Shown: positions 38,334 to 52,139, numbered from the stretch's first letter. The stretch is 64,000 nt of DNA from Camelus ferus (GCF_009834535.1 NC_045697.1:33358001-33422000), one strand, 5' to 3'. Made by a program: numbers and translations. The notes: generated by a model not told the origin, from the sequence alone.

Positions 38334-38920
38334 TTATAGTACATTTTATAGAAAATTTTATACACTATTTACCATGAGTCAGGATGGTGATAGTTCTAAG
38401 CATTTGATTCCACAAACAAAAAGCTACAAAACAAGTAGTAATAAGACCTCCGATTACAGATGAATAAATGAAGCACAGAGAGGTAATCACCTCTCCCAAG
38501 TACACAAGCTAGTAAATGCTACAGCTGGCATCATTCCAGGCTGTACCTTTAGCCACCATGCCGAAGGTGCTTCTGAGATGATCTTGTGCTCTGAGAACAC
38601 TTACAGACTGGAACAAGGAGCTATTTCTAATTATAAATAGTTATAAGGGTGACAAATACTGGGATATTTATAAGGTTGTAAGAGCACGTAGAAGTAACCA
38701 ACCCAGGGACTCAGACCAGGAAAGAGATCATCTAAAGTGAAGACTGATGCATAAAGTGGAGTAACTGGACATTGGGATGGGAGGTCAAAATGTTCCAGGA
38801 AAAGGAAACAGTATGAAGTTCCCCAACTGAGGGAGGATGAGGCTGGTCCATTTGAGAAATGAAGTAAAGTTCACAGGACCGGGAGGAAGAGATGATGAGG
38901 ACGAACCTAATAGTTTAAGA
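38170..38920 (-). mobile_element. LINE-2 3' region containing an (ATA)n tract and a MIR (about 38330-38560, minus)
   Basis: L2 end 'ttcaacaaacatttattt...attgagcac'. MIR 'ttacagatgaataaatgaagcacagagaggt'. Confidence 0.7.
38293..38333. repeat. (ATA)n microsatellite
   Basis: Seen directly. Confidence 0.95.
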
Positions 38921-39115
38921 AAATGGCCAAGATGCTAGAGCTGCAGATCCCAAATCATGTCCTTTTCCTATAAGTCTTGGCAAAGAAGTAACGTCTGATT
39001 CACATTCCAAAGCCCTGCTTGTATATAAAAACGCATGTGTATTTGAATGGGCCCTTACTTAGCCAGGCAGAACCATTTCGGATTTAATGGGAAATTTGCT
39101 TCTTGGCCTCAGCGC

Positions 39116-39147
39116 TTTGCCTTCTACTGAATTTGCCTTCTACTGAA
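39116..39147. repeat. Perfect 16-bp tandem duplication
   Basis: tttgccttctactgaa twice. Confidence 0.9.
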
Positions 39148-40418
39148 TTCTCCAGCCTGCCTTCTCTCAGAATCAAGCAGACAATCTTTTCTTTGGAAAG
39201 AGTCTATAAATGTTTTTGTGGGATGATTTTAGAGCTAAAGGAATTAACTTGTAATGGTAAATAGAGGAGATGTTAGAGCAGGAAGAATTTATAAGAAGAT
39301 TGATTAAGGGAGTGAAGCTTGGATGCTCTTTCAAGATGTCAGAGAGCGACTGGAAAGTGAAAGGTGAAGTGAAGGGGACCGAGTAAAGACAAGGCTTTCA
39401 AGAAGGAAGTCAGTATTCCATAAGGCTGCAGAAACATTTGGTGGAGACAGCAAGAGTAGGAAAACAAAGAAGAGTAAATTAAAGCCAAAATAGCAACATT
39501 CAAGGTACAGGTGAGAGAATCTATCTATACCATCAAGGTAGAAAGCATAAATAAAATGTCAGACAAGAATAAAATATCAGAGAAAACAGAAATTTGCAAA
39601 GAAGGGAAGGTTGGAATTAGTTTTAAGATATTAAAAATAAACTATAAGATGACACAGAAAGAGAAATCAAAAATTAAGGAAATGTCCTTTAAGAAAAAAA
39701 AAGTCACATAAAAGAGTAGTAATATGTGCCAATGTCAAAGAATTCATCAAGACTTTAAAAATTATTCTACAGCTAACATATCAACTCAAACATTGTGCAG
39801 TGTGATTAGGTAGAATTTGATGTTTCTCTTGGGTTTGATATTTGATGGTTTTCTACTGTCTTTTAGCTCTTTAAAAAAAAAGAACTCTAAGAAAACCTTT
39901 GTAGTGAAGGTATATGAATAGAGAAAAGTATTCTTTTCAAGGAAAATCCCCAATAATAATTATTATGGAAAGAGGAAAAGCACTAGAATCTAGAGACCAC
40001 TAACCTTACTGAACACTGATCACAAGACTTACGTAGACGTCTTGCTGCAAAGGTTGGCAAGCTTAGCAGAAGGCATGACACACAGGGCAAATGATCTGCC
40101 AGACATCCAAAAATAGCTGATTGTGAATTTCAGAGAAGATCTGAAATAGGCCAAAATAGAGAGGTGGGAAAATTATTAATTAGTTTATTTTAAAATATGA
40201 CTTGTTGATTAACTGTAATTCTTTCTTTAAATCTGGATCCAAAATCGTGTTTGCCACATAAGCTGCTGAAATAAGTGAGGATGTTATATATCAAAGTGAC
40301 CCACATGCTAATGCTCAGTGGGTGGGGGAAGAAATAAATTAACGTGACAAGGAGAGTGAGGCAAGTCTATCCACATTGTCCTTTATTTCCATGTGGGCTC
40401 TGTAGACCCTCTCAAAAG

Positions 40419-40466
40419 AAAACAAATAACAAACTGGAGAGAAAAACAAATAACAAACCGGAGAGA
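40419..40466. repeat. 24-bp tandem duplication (1 mismatch)
   Basis: aaaacaaataacaaac(t/c)ggagaga twice. Confidence 0.9.
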
Positions 40467-41099
40467 AGACAAATGAAAATGATTAAAAAAAGGGAGAGAT
40501 GCTATCATAGATTAATAAACCTAGGTACCTTATGTGGATAACATCGTCTTGACAGGGGCAGACAAACCAAAGCTGAGAATACTTAAAATCTATAAAAGGT
40601 ACTCCAGGAAAGCTGCAGCAGGAGGCACAGTGCTATAAAATGAGACAAAGGGAGCTCTGATAATATTGACGCTATCAAAGTGCAGGCTGGGCCACTGGCG
40701 ACGTGTGATTTGCTTTGGAGAGGTAGATGATGCAAATGACATCAGGGCAATGAAAATAACAGAATAGAAGATAAAAATAAACACAGGGGATTTGGAAAGT
40801 ATTAGGATGCAAGACACGTATAATTAAGCTTTGCCAAGTGCCAAATCTTCTTTGTGCATTACAGCTTCCATCAACTGCATGCAGCTCCTTCTTTAATGAG
40901 TCATTGTAACATGAGGGCAAAAAAAAAAAACTAGACAGGAGGCTCCCTGTTTCTCACGAGAGGATGAAATGATCGAGTGCCAAAGTATTTAATCAGTCGA
41001 CGCTTTTGTCTTTCAAATACGTGAAGGCAGAAGGTGGGAAAAACCGGGAGAGGTGATGTAGCAAACGCGCCCGGCAGGAAAGCAACAGCTAAGGCAGGC

Positions 41100-41280
41100 A
41101 CAGAGCTCCTCCATCATTAGATGTGAGGCTGGACCAGTCACCCAAAGGGAGTCTCTGTTTGCTTTTCATATGTAGAAAGCATAAAACAGCTGTCTGTCAG
41201 TATCCTGAGGTTATAATGGAAATTAAACGGGGTAATTATGTAAGGTGCTTAGCACAGAAGTGCTCAAAGACTGTGGTAGA
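41100..41280 (+). mobile_element. MIR SINE
   Basis: 'gaggttataatggaaattaaacggggtaattatgtaaggtgcttagcacag'. Confidence 0.7.
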
Positions 41281-41346
41281 TTTTAGAAGAGGTAGCACTT
41301 TTAAATCTAAAGGCTCAGACAAGGGAGAAAAAAGACATCATGGGAA

Positions 41347-41520
41347 TACGGTAGGCCCTCCAACCATGGATCCGCAGTGTGTTGAATCCGCAGCTGTGGA
41401 ACCTGGGAAATGAAACACTGACTGTGCTAGGTCATTTTACATAAGGGACTTGAGCATCCTCAGATTTTGGTGTCCATGGGGGTCCTGGAACCCTGGTGTG
41501 GATACCCAGGAAGACCAATA
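41347..41520 (-). mobile_element. Short MER2-family MITE
   Basis: Shares 'cattttacataagggacttgagcatcc...attttggtgtcc...ggtcctggaac' with the MER2 copy near 30067-30130. Confidence 0.8.
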
Positions 41521-41725
41521 AAATTGAAGAGTTTGAAACTGAGAGTCTTGGATATGCCTCTGTGTGGCTACTGGAAATCACTGATACGGAGTGTTTTCCA
41601 AAAAACAAAAACATAAAAAGCACTTCCCATACACAAGAAATGGGAGACAAAGCAACACGACTGAAGGCATTTGGAGCCACTCGGCTATGGAGGAGGAGGG
41701 GGACGGGATGACACCTAGTCAGATC

Positions 41726-42294
41726 TGTGGAGCGTGGAGCAGGCTGGCACTCTCTGGAGTCATAAAACCCCACCCCGGTGCTCTCCAAGTGCCTGGAGCC
41801 ATTGTCACCTTAACCCCCACTCCCCATTGTAGGACCACTCTGCATACCTGCATTTCTGCAGGATAAAGCAAACAAACAAACAAATAAACAAAGAACATCT
41901 CTTGATGTGTGTTTACCCTAACAAAACCCATTTGCCGCAGGAAATAGCCAGTCTCACAATACCCTGGGGGGGCGAGTCTCACACCCTGCCCTTGTCAAAG
42001 TCCAAAACCCTATTATTCAGAGTAGACCCCGACAGACCTTATAGCCAATCAGGCACCTGTACACGAATTGACCATGCAGCCCCCTACTCCTTGTGTGCAC
42101 CTCCCCCACCCCCCAATAAAAGACCCTGCACTCCCACCCTCGGGGCTCACACAGGCACCTCTCCTCTGTGTGGCCTGCTGCTGTCTGTAGCTCCGTAACT
42201 ATTAAATTTTTCCTTGTTCTTATTCTTTCCTTGGCCTCTGGTGAGTTATTTTACCAACCAGCATCACCGGCCCACCGTATCATGTCCCATAACA
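41726..42294 (+). mobile_element. ERVL-class solo LTR (MER74/MER73-like 3' end)
   Basis: TG...CA ends, CCAAT near 42046, AATAAAA TATA-like box near 42115, ATTAAA at 42201, and the 3' end 'ggtgagttattttaccaaccagcatcaccggcccacc'. Confidence 0.75.
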
Positions 42295-45009
42295 AGAATG
42301 AAAGTGTTCATGGGTCATTATTAAAAAAGATGAGCAAAGAGAGCAAACAAGGGTGTGAAATGCTCTCGAGGGGATAGCGGAAAGAGTGACAGATTGTTCA
42401 TTCATTCTACTAATTTATTTATAGATTTAATGACTATTGACTGTGCTAGGCATTAAGAAATAGTTAAAAGAAGTTGGGAAAAGAAATTTCATAGAGAAAA
42501 TAAATGACATAGAAAAAGAGATTAATGAGCGCCACACACATTTGTTTGTGTTATATTAAATTATGACTACCTTGATGGTGACTGCAGTGGGATAACAGTC
42601 TACAGCAAGAAAATCAGGGCACTACAGATTTGTCACAGCCTCATGTGAACATGCCTGGTCTGATTTTTCACAAATTTGAGAGGTTTTCGAGAGTCTGACT
42701 CAACCCAGAAGTTGCACTTGGGGAATAGGGCCGGAGGCAGGCTTCACAGAGGATTTGGATTTGCCTTGAGCCGCTTTGAACAACCTCAATTCATCACCCT
42801 GAGGTGAAGGAGGAGGAGCAGAAATGCATGAATTTAACAAAGGTTAGTGTTCCTTCTGAAAAGTGTCAGAGAGGCCAGCTAGTTGTGAATTGTATGTAAA
42901 TAAACTTTAAGCTATTCATTTTATGGTACATTTAAAAGATCTTTGAAAGATGCAAATCATGAAAATTATGAGAGATTATTTGCTAGTGGTCAGTGAACCA
43001 CACAAAGGCTAGGCTTTTCCGTACTGACGTAAGCATACATAGCCAGCACCCAGCACAGTGCCCGGCCCAGAAATAGCATTTAACTCGTGGAACTTACCTT
43101 TTCTGTGTTCCCTTGTGTATTAGTAACCCTGTTTACTTATGCCTTGGTACCATCCTAAGTGTATTTCACGGATATCAGACCAATATATTAATAAATTAAT
43201 AATGATGAGTTAAATAAATTAAATCCCAGGGTATTCTTTTAAAGATGTTTCTAGCTGATGAGGGGAGACTGAAGTCATCTTTTCTCAGATCTTTGCCTAA
43301 TAGAAACATTGAAAGAATTTTCTCAAAATTACCAGAAAAATGATTGGACAAAATATAGTGACTTGTCAGCTAGACGACAGAGTTGAGCTGATCATGTTAA
43401 GTATTGCTTTAGGGAATTCTTCCTACCAAAGCAAAACTAAATAAGAAAAAAAAAAATTATTGTTATATTTAAGAAATCCAATGTCAAGATGACATACAGT
43501 TTCTGTAGTTATAATGTTGCTATCACTCAGCAAGTGGCTGAATAAATTAGAAACAGAGCACAATATTATCCATTTAAAAAAAAAAAAAACCCCAACACAA
43601 AAGGTTGCCAAGATACTGAGCTTTTATGATCTCTAAAGCTTGTTCTCCTGGTTACTTTTGTTCTGTCTACGCTATGTGACAATGTTTGTTGCTATAGTTA
43701 AATCCAATTTTCATTTTCAGTGCTGTTGCATGCTGCTGAGATGCACAAAAGGCTAACGACACTGTCTTTAGGCAAAATTTCCCTGTTGGGGTGCAGTTGA
43801 AGTTTATTTCCCACAGTAATTTTTAAAAATCTAAATGGCATCAGGATTGCTTAGCTTGTACTAAGATTTTTTTCCAGACAAAATATCTTCTCACTTATCT
43901 GGTAATTATATTTTGGGGTAGAAGTCTGTTTTTTCACCCTCATGTATTATTTTTATATCATATGTAATACTGACTGCATACTGACTACATACCTGGTAGG
44001 ACTGAAAACTTAGAGGATCTTAGTTTTATACAGACTTCATCCTTTATCTCAGGGTTTACAACCCTGAATATAACTCACTTTACATATATTCAAGGAACTT
44101 ACAGCCTAAAGGGGGAAGGACCCAGACAGGTACATCGTGATGATTATGTCCCGGAAGTGGAATTGGCAGGGAAAAAGTTTAATTATTTACATCTATTTAT
44201 TTATAATGCATTATGAGATAAATATACACATGTAATCCTGTGACAGATATATATATGTATTCATATGTATATCTCCACAGATAATTCAGATCAAATGAGC
44301 TTTTCTATGCTTCCAAAATTTTCTCTAAGGAATTGCTTTTTTTGTTCCAGAAAAATAACACATGACACATGTCCAAAAAATGCAGTTTGAAATTGGTATC
44401 TAAGCTGCTCTGGAGAAGCCACCAATATTGGAGGAGAGCGTGCAATGGATATTTCTCAAAGAAAGTAATACCTCAGCTAAAGGCTGATTTTTCATTACTC
44501 ACCACACTGCATCCTTCTTACGCACATGCCACTTGCTAATTCCTATCTCTATGCCTTTCATTCTTCCATCCTATCATTAGAAAATATTCACTTTTTATCA
44601 TTATAGTGTCCATCATCTTTCAAGTTTCAGTTCATAAGATGCAGGTCCATCATTGTTTCATGAGACAAATAGAAATGCCATTTTTTGGGGAAGTCTATCC
44701 TAAATGATCACATCCTGTTATTAAATCCTGCACTTAATTTTAACAAGAATCAACTGCAAAAATTTCAGGTTAGAGAAAACACAGATTCCTATCAGTATTT
44801 GTGTATCAAAGTTGTAACGCAGCTGTCAAAAATTAATGCATCTGTGGGCTACTTCTTAGGTCAACTTCAGAGAATTGTAGGACTTAGACCAACCAAGATA
44901 ATAGTGTCACTGGGCCCTAAGATGTTATGATTACTTCTGAAGTGTTATAACTAGGTGTCACAGTGATATATTCAAACATTTATATAAGAGGGACTAAAGT
45001 AATAATAAT

Positions 45010-45225
45010 AATCTGGAACTCAGAAGAAAATAGGGATGTTTACCTTGAAAAAAGACTTGAGACATATGATCACTTTTTTTCATGTATTAGAAAGATTTTT
45101 GCATTCAAGAGGAAATAGAAATGTTACTTATGTCTCCAGAAGGGAAGTGATAGCACGAGTGGGAGGAAGTGATAAAACACAGGCTCTCAGCTCAATATGA
45201 AAGAGAACTTTCTAATAATTAGAGA
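45010..45225 (+). mobile_element. L3/CR1 LINE 3' fragment
   Basis: 'cagctcaatatgaaagagaactttctaataattagag' resembles the L3 3' region. Confidence 0.7.
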
Positions 45226-45229
45226 ATAA

Positions 45230-45622
45230 TGTGAAAGGAAAATTATTCTGACCATTGTTAAAATGGTAAGGAAGACTTTCTTCAAGACTATTACAACAAG
45301 GGAGTTTGAGCTCATCTCCAAATACAACAAAGACAGCTGAGGATTTACAGCCAATGAGCAGACAGGTGGGGCAGGGGGTCAATAAATAAAAAATTACTAA
45401 GAGGAGACTTCAGGAACAGGAGGATTCTTACTAAACTTACTTAACAGGATTTTTACTGAAGACAGACCAGATTATTTATCAAGGGTAGGGGATTCTCACT
45501 AAACTGACTAAGCAGGATTCTTGCTAAGACTGAGCTTGGCAAGGAGGGAAACAGAGAGAGAGTTGAAAAGAGAGCTTAAAGGAGCCTAACAAAAATTTAG
45601 TCACAGGAGACAGTCACTCAGT
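45230..45622 (-). mobile_element. MER31-like ERV1 LTR
   Basis: 'caggattcttgctaa' repeats, 'gagagcttaaaggagcctaacaaaaatttagtca' and the start 'tgtgaaaggaaaattattctgacc'. Confidence 0.8.
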
Positions 45623-45659
45623 AATAGCAACACTAATAGTAGTAATGATATTTATAAAA

Positions 45660-45930
45660 TAAATGATATAATTAAGTAATTTTCCAAAGGTCACTCAGCT
45701 AGTGAACAGGAATTCAGACTCAGGTGGGTATAACTCCAGAGCTCCAACTATAAATCATGGAGCTCTCCCACCTATTTATTAGAAGAAGCTGCTTGACACC
45801 ATTATTTTAGAAATGATAAACCTGAAACTAAGAAGCAGACAAACTGGTCATGATCACCTAGTAGGTTTGTGACAGAGCAGAGAATAGGGAAAGTCCACTG
45901 ACTCATGGGTCTGGGATCATGCCCATCTAT
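45660..45930 (-). mobile_element. Two MIR fragments
   Basis: 'aagtaattttccaaaggtcactcagctagtgaa' and 'ccattattttagaaatgataaacctgaaac'. Confidence 0.6.
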
Positions 45931-47289
45931 CATTTTGTAATGGTCTAAGCCACACCCCAAACGTCTTACTAACCAATTTTCTTTACGCAGTATTTTTCAT
46001 TCTTGCATCAGAAAGTATGGTGGTTGCCTAACACATCCAGCACAAAGGCTGCGAGACTTTCAAGATCCTCAGAAGTCTGGTCTTTAATTGTCTTCAGAGA
46101 GAATGAATTTTGTTCAATGTTAGGGAAAAAAGTAACCTGATTGAAAGATATTTTTCCCCCTAAGGTATTAATCCCTTAACTGGTCTGGGATATTTGCATT
46201 TTAAAAGATGACCTGCTAATCCAAATGAAGCCAGAAGAGGAGTTTCAGTTGGTAAGGCTTTACTATTTCAGGGGAAGGAGCTATTTGGGATAGAGACTTC
46301 TCTTGCCTTGCAGAAGAAATGAAATGGCTCATCTTCCTGCATACTCCCAAGCTATATGAATCCAGAGGCTTAAGGACCACATGCACCAGGTTTTCTCTTG
46401 ACAACTGGCTCTGTATATACTGAGATAATTCCAGATTTGACAAGCTTTTCTCAAATCAGCTCTACCTAGTTTATTTTATTCTCCCGGGAATTATATGCAT
46501 GGATGGACAGTTTGGGGCTCCAATCAACTGTTTCAATAGGATGCTGCTGAAGTTTCATATGCCGTCTCTTGGAAAGTAGCTAGATTCTGGAGAACAGGAC
46601 CTTGGACATACCAGACCTCCATACAAGATACTAAGCATCATTATGTTCACTTTTATATATTGTTAATCAAGAAATCCAGACATCTAGGCTCAAACAACAA
46701 ACTAAGTTTACATTTTCCAAAATGAATTATGCTAGTTCATGAAGCTAAATTATTCAGTTAAACTTAGGGAAAAGAACACAGCTAGTAACAATGGCAATGA
46801 ATTTCATTTTTTAAAAATTTTTTACCTAATTAATACTTTATTTTGTTTTGACCAAAATCCAAACATTTGCTGGTAATATCACAGTATTCGACTGAAGTAA
46901 ACAAAAATAATTTGTAAAATGCCTACTTGAAGAATAGGAGCTAAAATGTTATTTTTAATTATAGCTTAAATTATTCCTAATAACTTAAGCAAGAACAGGA
47001 ATAATACTGAAGAAAAGCTTTTACAGCATTGTAACAAAAGATCACAAGTTGGGCTTTGTTAAAATATGTGACTCATAGGAACATGGGATAAATTATGCCG
47101 TTCCAGCCCCAGTGATGCTCAGTTTCAAAGGTAAAATAATACTTTAGGTTTTGGATGGAATGATGAAAGGGCTACACAGGAGCATCTTTACTGCCTCAAG
47201 GAAATGGCTCTTAAAATAAGAGGAAAAGAAGTCTGAAGCATTCCTTCTGAACAAACTATCAATACTTCTGTGATAAAGACAGTAAGTGG

Positions 47290-47463
47290 ACTGTACAGCA
47301 CAGGGAAATATATACAAGATCTTATGGTAGCTCACAGAGAAAACAACGTGGCAATGAATATATGTATGTTCGTGTATAACTGAAAAATTGTGCTCTATAC
47401 TGGAATTTGACACAACATTGTAAAATGACTATAACTCAATAAAAATATGTTAAAAAAAAAAAA
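47290..47463 (+). mobile_element. Young L1 3' end (camelid type) with poly(A) and 15-bp TSD
   Basis: aaagacagtaagtgg (47275-47289) and aaagacaataagtgg (47464-47478). AATAAA followed by an A tail. Confidence 0.92.
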
Positions 47464-47679
47464 AAAGACAATAAGTGGGATTTGTGCAGGAATGAGGAAG
47501 TCAGGAAGCCAGTCCAGATGGGAGCCGTATCTCTTGGAGAGTTGTATTTCTCTGGTTCTTATATTATGCTTTCTTCAGGAATAATTAGAGAAACTCAGAG
47601 GACTTTATCAAATGCTATGCATGTATCTATGCTGTTATTTGCAAAAGAATGAGTATTTGGCAGATCAGTTAGCTAAGTG

Positions 47680-47990
47680 TCAAGAACACTTCGTTTGGAG
47701 TAAAAGCATGGACCTGGCTTTGAACTTCAACTTTGTCACATTCTAGTGGGTAACTTTAATAAACTTAAACTCTTCCTCCTCTACTCCTTTGTTTTTCTTA
47801 TCTGTAAGAGAGAAGGAAAGAAAGGGAAGGGAAGAAGGGAAGGAAGGGGAAAAAGGAAGGAAAAGAAAGAAAGAAAAAGCAAGCAAGCAAGCAAGCAGAA
47901 GGGAAGGAATAAAACAGTCTTACTTATTACATAGTTTCCTGTAAGAATCAAATGAGATAATATAAATGACTCATTAACCATGAAGAGTTA
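47680..47990 (+). mobile_element. MIR SINE interrupted by a GA-rich low-complexity tract (about 47808-47910)
   Basis: 'gtttttcttatctgtaa' then 'acatagtttcctgtaagaatcaaatgagataatata'. Confidence 0.7.
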
Positions 47991-48189
47991 TGCTAAATCA
48001 CTTACTGGATTTTTTTAGGTATTTATTTTATTGTGAAATGTCCTAGTATTTGAAATGGTAGTTACTAGAAAAAAAAAAATATATATATATAGTGACTAAA
48101 AGAAATGCTGCTAGTCCCCTCAATTTGCTCGTTACAATGGCCACACCTAGTTTTCCTTGTTTCAAATTGAACACCTCATTTTCATCCCA

Positions 48190-48450
48190 AACATAGTGGT
48201 TTAGGGTCCTGATTCTGAATCTAAACTTATGAGTTTGACTCTCAATTCTACCACTGACTAATGACTTATGTTGATTCATTTTACTTTTCACTGCCTTAGA
48301 AGGTTTTTTTCCCCTATAAATGCTGATAATAATAACACTTCTTAATCAGTAAGTTTGTCTGAAGGATTAAGTGACATAACATATGTCAAGTTCTCATTAC
48401 AATGCCTCACACATAACCAGAACTCAATCTATGTTTATTTTTATTATTTT
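48190..48450 (+). mobile_element. MIR SINE
   Basis: 'catagtggttagggtcctgattctgaatc...gaaggattaagtgacataacatatgt'. Confidence 0.8.
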
Positions 48451-48869
48451 CGCCCCAGCCCAAAGTCAAATGAAATGGAAACACTTGTCTCACCAAGAAC
48501 TAACTTAATCCCTCCACCCGCATCTCTCAAGGCATCCGTTTCTGGTGTGTAAATAACCTTCCTTCTTTCTACACTCATCCCCTTTCTTTTTTTCTTAAGA
48601 ATCTTTGATGTTCCAATTGTAGGCCATCTCTAAACATTACTAATCTCAATTATCTCTATCACTAAATGACTTTTCAGACAGACCCTAAGAATTGATACAC
48701 CCAATGAATTTTTTTTCCATCTTCTCTATTCTTGCTCTCTCTCATGCCTCAGATAATTCTAAACATCTTTGGAAAAAAAATCAATGTTGTGATAATACGT
48801 ATGTCTTGTATATATACACATCTAACTTCTTGATTCTACAATTATCTGCCTCCGTCTGACCCCTTATCC

Positions 48870-49697
48870 ATGGCTTCTTTCTTAAATTTCTTTCATTTTC
48901 ACTGCATGTCTTTTGTCTCGGAAGACTCACTCATTTTTTGGCTTTAGTAATAATCCATGTGTAGATGACTCACAAATTTCTATCTTGGGACTTGATCTCT
49001 GATCCAGGCACAAGAGCTCTCTAACATTTCACTGAATGGCTCATGTCAAGTATAAAAAACTAACATATCTAATCCAAACACAAAGTTTTCCCTCAAAACT
49101 AGCCCTCCCTTCCAGGTTACCTGTCTTTGTCCATGGTGTTTCCATTGCCCCAGCTCCTTAGATTTGGAACCACAAAGTCATCTTTGACTCATTCCTCTCC
49201 TTTATTCTCTATATTCTGTAAATGTTGAAGATCTCTGTATTTTTACTTGTAAAGAATTATTTTGTTCTTCACCTTCTTCCCGTCTCCACTGTCATAGGCC
49301 ACAGTTCACTCACAATCATCAAATGACTATTAACAGTTCTTAAATTAACTTTTCCAGAATTTCTGTTCCTCTCTCACCCAATTACATTTTCAAACTTATG
49401 ACAGCCAAGTTAGTTGCCATCAGATGGATGTTCATCTTGTGACCTCCTACCTAAAAACCTAAATGTTCACCAGTGTTACTACTGCAAGTCTAAACCCTAC
49501 AACTAGTTTTCAGATTTCCCATCACCAAAAAAAAAGAACTACATACAAATGTTCACACCTCACTTCCTTGTAACACTTCTGTTCTATCCAGACTTACCTC
49601 TTCATTGTTACTCCTCTAGCATCTTTTCTTTACTCATGCCTACTATTGTTATATAAGAACGTGTCTCTCCTTCCACCAGTACAGATCCTCCCACTCT
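48870..49697 (+). mobile_element. LINE-2 fragment; the 3' end resumes at about 50590-50800
   Basis: 'gtagatgactcacaaatttctatc' and 'agtcatctttgactcattcctctcc'. Confidence 0.75.
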
Positions 49698-50590
49698 GTA
49701 TCAGTCAGCTTGTCTAAGATATGCTGTAGTAAGAAACAACTCCCAGTTCTTTGCAGTTGACAAAAAGAAAAAAAGTTAATTTCCCACTCATACTGTGTTA
49801 ATCTTAGTTTCTCTGGGGTTCTCTTCATACAAACTTTATTCTAGAACTCAAGCTGATACAGTAGTCTCCCTAGGACTTTGGCTTTCTTATTGTAGAGGGA
49901 AAAAGAAATTCAACGTGATAGAGGCTCTTAAGGCTCTTGCTCAGAATTGTAACGTTTCACACCTGTTCACATTTCACTAGACAAAACAAGTCACTTGGTG
50001 AAGCCTGATGTTAGAAAGGTGGGGCTGTACTTCTTCCTCACATGAAGCGGGACAGAAAATCCCGCAGCTAAGCCTGATGTCAACAGAACTGGGATGTATC
50101 TTCTGTAAAGAGGAGCACATAATATTTTGAAAATTTATGAAGTCTACTACAGTCTACTTTCTTCGTCACAATATTTACTTTCCTCCCTCCTGCTTGCAAA
50201 ATACACTCACTCTCTCTCCAGGGGAGACAACTCAGCACACAACACACAGGATCAAACACTGATCTGATCTTATGACATTCTATGTCTTTATCAGGTCAGG
50301 ATACGACTCGTCTTGATTTATATCTTTGTGAAATAAAAAGACAAATTATACGCCCACCATATACCCAAAGGTAATGGTGGCACACAGTGGTGGTACAGAA
50401 ACATGATAATCCTAGCAAATATTCACACTCAAAACGGGTAAGAATAGGTGGCACATGGCGGTGCTGGGTTGCCAGCGACGCTCAAGAGTTGCCGGAGGGA
50501 AGTTCTGAGGCGCGTGACCTTGGAGGGGAAGTGTGTTCTTACTCAGACCCTGGGTCTGCTCCTTCAAACCAGTTTCCTAGTCCGCTGTTC
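49698..50590 (-). mobile_element. Old MaLR LTR (MLT1, about 49698-50151) plus adjoining internal sequence
   Basis: Begins 'tgtatcagtcagc...atatgctgtagtaagaaacaactccca'. After 'ctactaca' comes MLT-int-like 'gcaaaatacactcac...aaaaagacaaattat'. Confidence 0.7.
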
Positions 50591-51059
50591 TCTCATTCTC
50601 TCCAGAGCACACTGACTTTCCTCCTTTATGAAAGAATTATTTCAAACTACCATTTTATGAATTCATGGAGTACTAATATGTTTTATCTGTTTATTTTATT
50701 TCTGCTATTATTTTATGTATATTAATATTAGCTCACCAAACAACTTGCAAACTCCTTAATTTAGGGAGACAATCTTATCGGTATTTTCAATAAAGACATT
50801 AACATGCATGTAACAGCAGTAAGGACATCATTCAAGGTACACTAATAGGGACAATCTGATTCAGGCTGACTTTTCACAAGGATAAGCTAGTCCACCAAAG
50901 GAGTTTCAGTAACAATTTCAAAAGAATTTTGTATTTAACAACGAGTACAAAGGTTTATCTAATAGGTCGACATTCACAGTTTCTTAAGTGCAGCCATGGC
51001 TATCTGAGTATTACTCTTGATTTCGTGCATTTTTATAAGCCTGGATTTTGTTTGTGTAT

Positions 51060-51300
51060 TTACTGTGGAGGCATCATTGGCACAGGGAAGTCCTTGGAGA
51101 ATTCAGTACACCACCAACAGACAGTGGTCCTAGTACCTGTCTGGCCCTCACCGTGTAATGGGACTTTGAAACCTGTAATAACTTTATCCAGGGCTCAAGT
51201 TGTAGATGAGGGAAAAAATACACTCTGCCCTTCACTGTTTCCAGGTTGTCATGACAATACTTGAGGTGGCATGATCAACTGTTTTGAGTTCGTAGTAAAG
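51060..51300 (+). mobile_element. MIR SINE (old)
   Basis: 'ggaagtccttggagaattcag...ccaggttgtcatgacaatacttgagg'. Confidence 0.55.
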
Positions 51301-52139
51301 AAAGCTTCATTGCAATTATTCAAGTCAGGCATAGATAAAGCTGTGAAGTAAGCAAGTGTGCCTTGAAGTTCTTTTGTCTCTCTATGCACTTACATGAGGC
51401 TAAAAAAGAGGGAACACTGTAGAAGTAATGTCTTTCTTTGGTTGTGTAGGTGAGACAGATGCTTTTAGACAAGGGGCCATTAATGGCGTCCTCAAGAATA
51501 CCACCAAAGATGATTCTTGCCATTTATATAGCACAGAAAAGTATCTCCCCACACAGTCCTGTGAGATAGATGTTAAGAATTATTACTAGTGCAAAGACCT
51601 AATATTAACAACTGGCACCATACTATTCAATAGAATTTAAAGTGAACTGTACTGAAAAAACAGATGGATTGAGAATTTAAATTTTTTCCCCCTCTTCTTC
51701 ATTCTAACTTGGAGTCTTCATAAAGCTCATATTTCCTACAGTTTTTTTGTTTTTGTTTTTTATCTCTTAGTGAAATTTTAGTTGTATTCTGCCCTCTACC
51801 ATGTATAAATAACCTGGTTACACCACATTTTAAGAGATGGTCTGGGGACTTTCTCGTTTAGTATCTTATGTGGGCAAGGCATATAAGAAATAAGGAAGTT
51901 CTCATGCTGGTCTAAAACTTAGAGAGTTTTGATATATGTAGATTACATATTGGGAAAACACCTATGGACTTAAATATTATGAGATGTCAAAAAGGCTGGG
52001 AAAATTGCAGGCTGTAAATTAATTGCTAGTACTTTAGATTCTGAAATGCTAATAAAAAATAACACTTCCCAAGGGTTCAACACAAAAAGTCAGCACTTCG
52101 GTTAAGGACTCCAGCTCCTTCTTATAAAGGTGATGCTAG

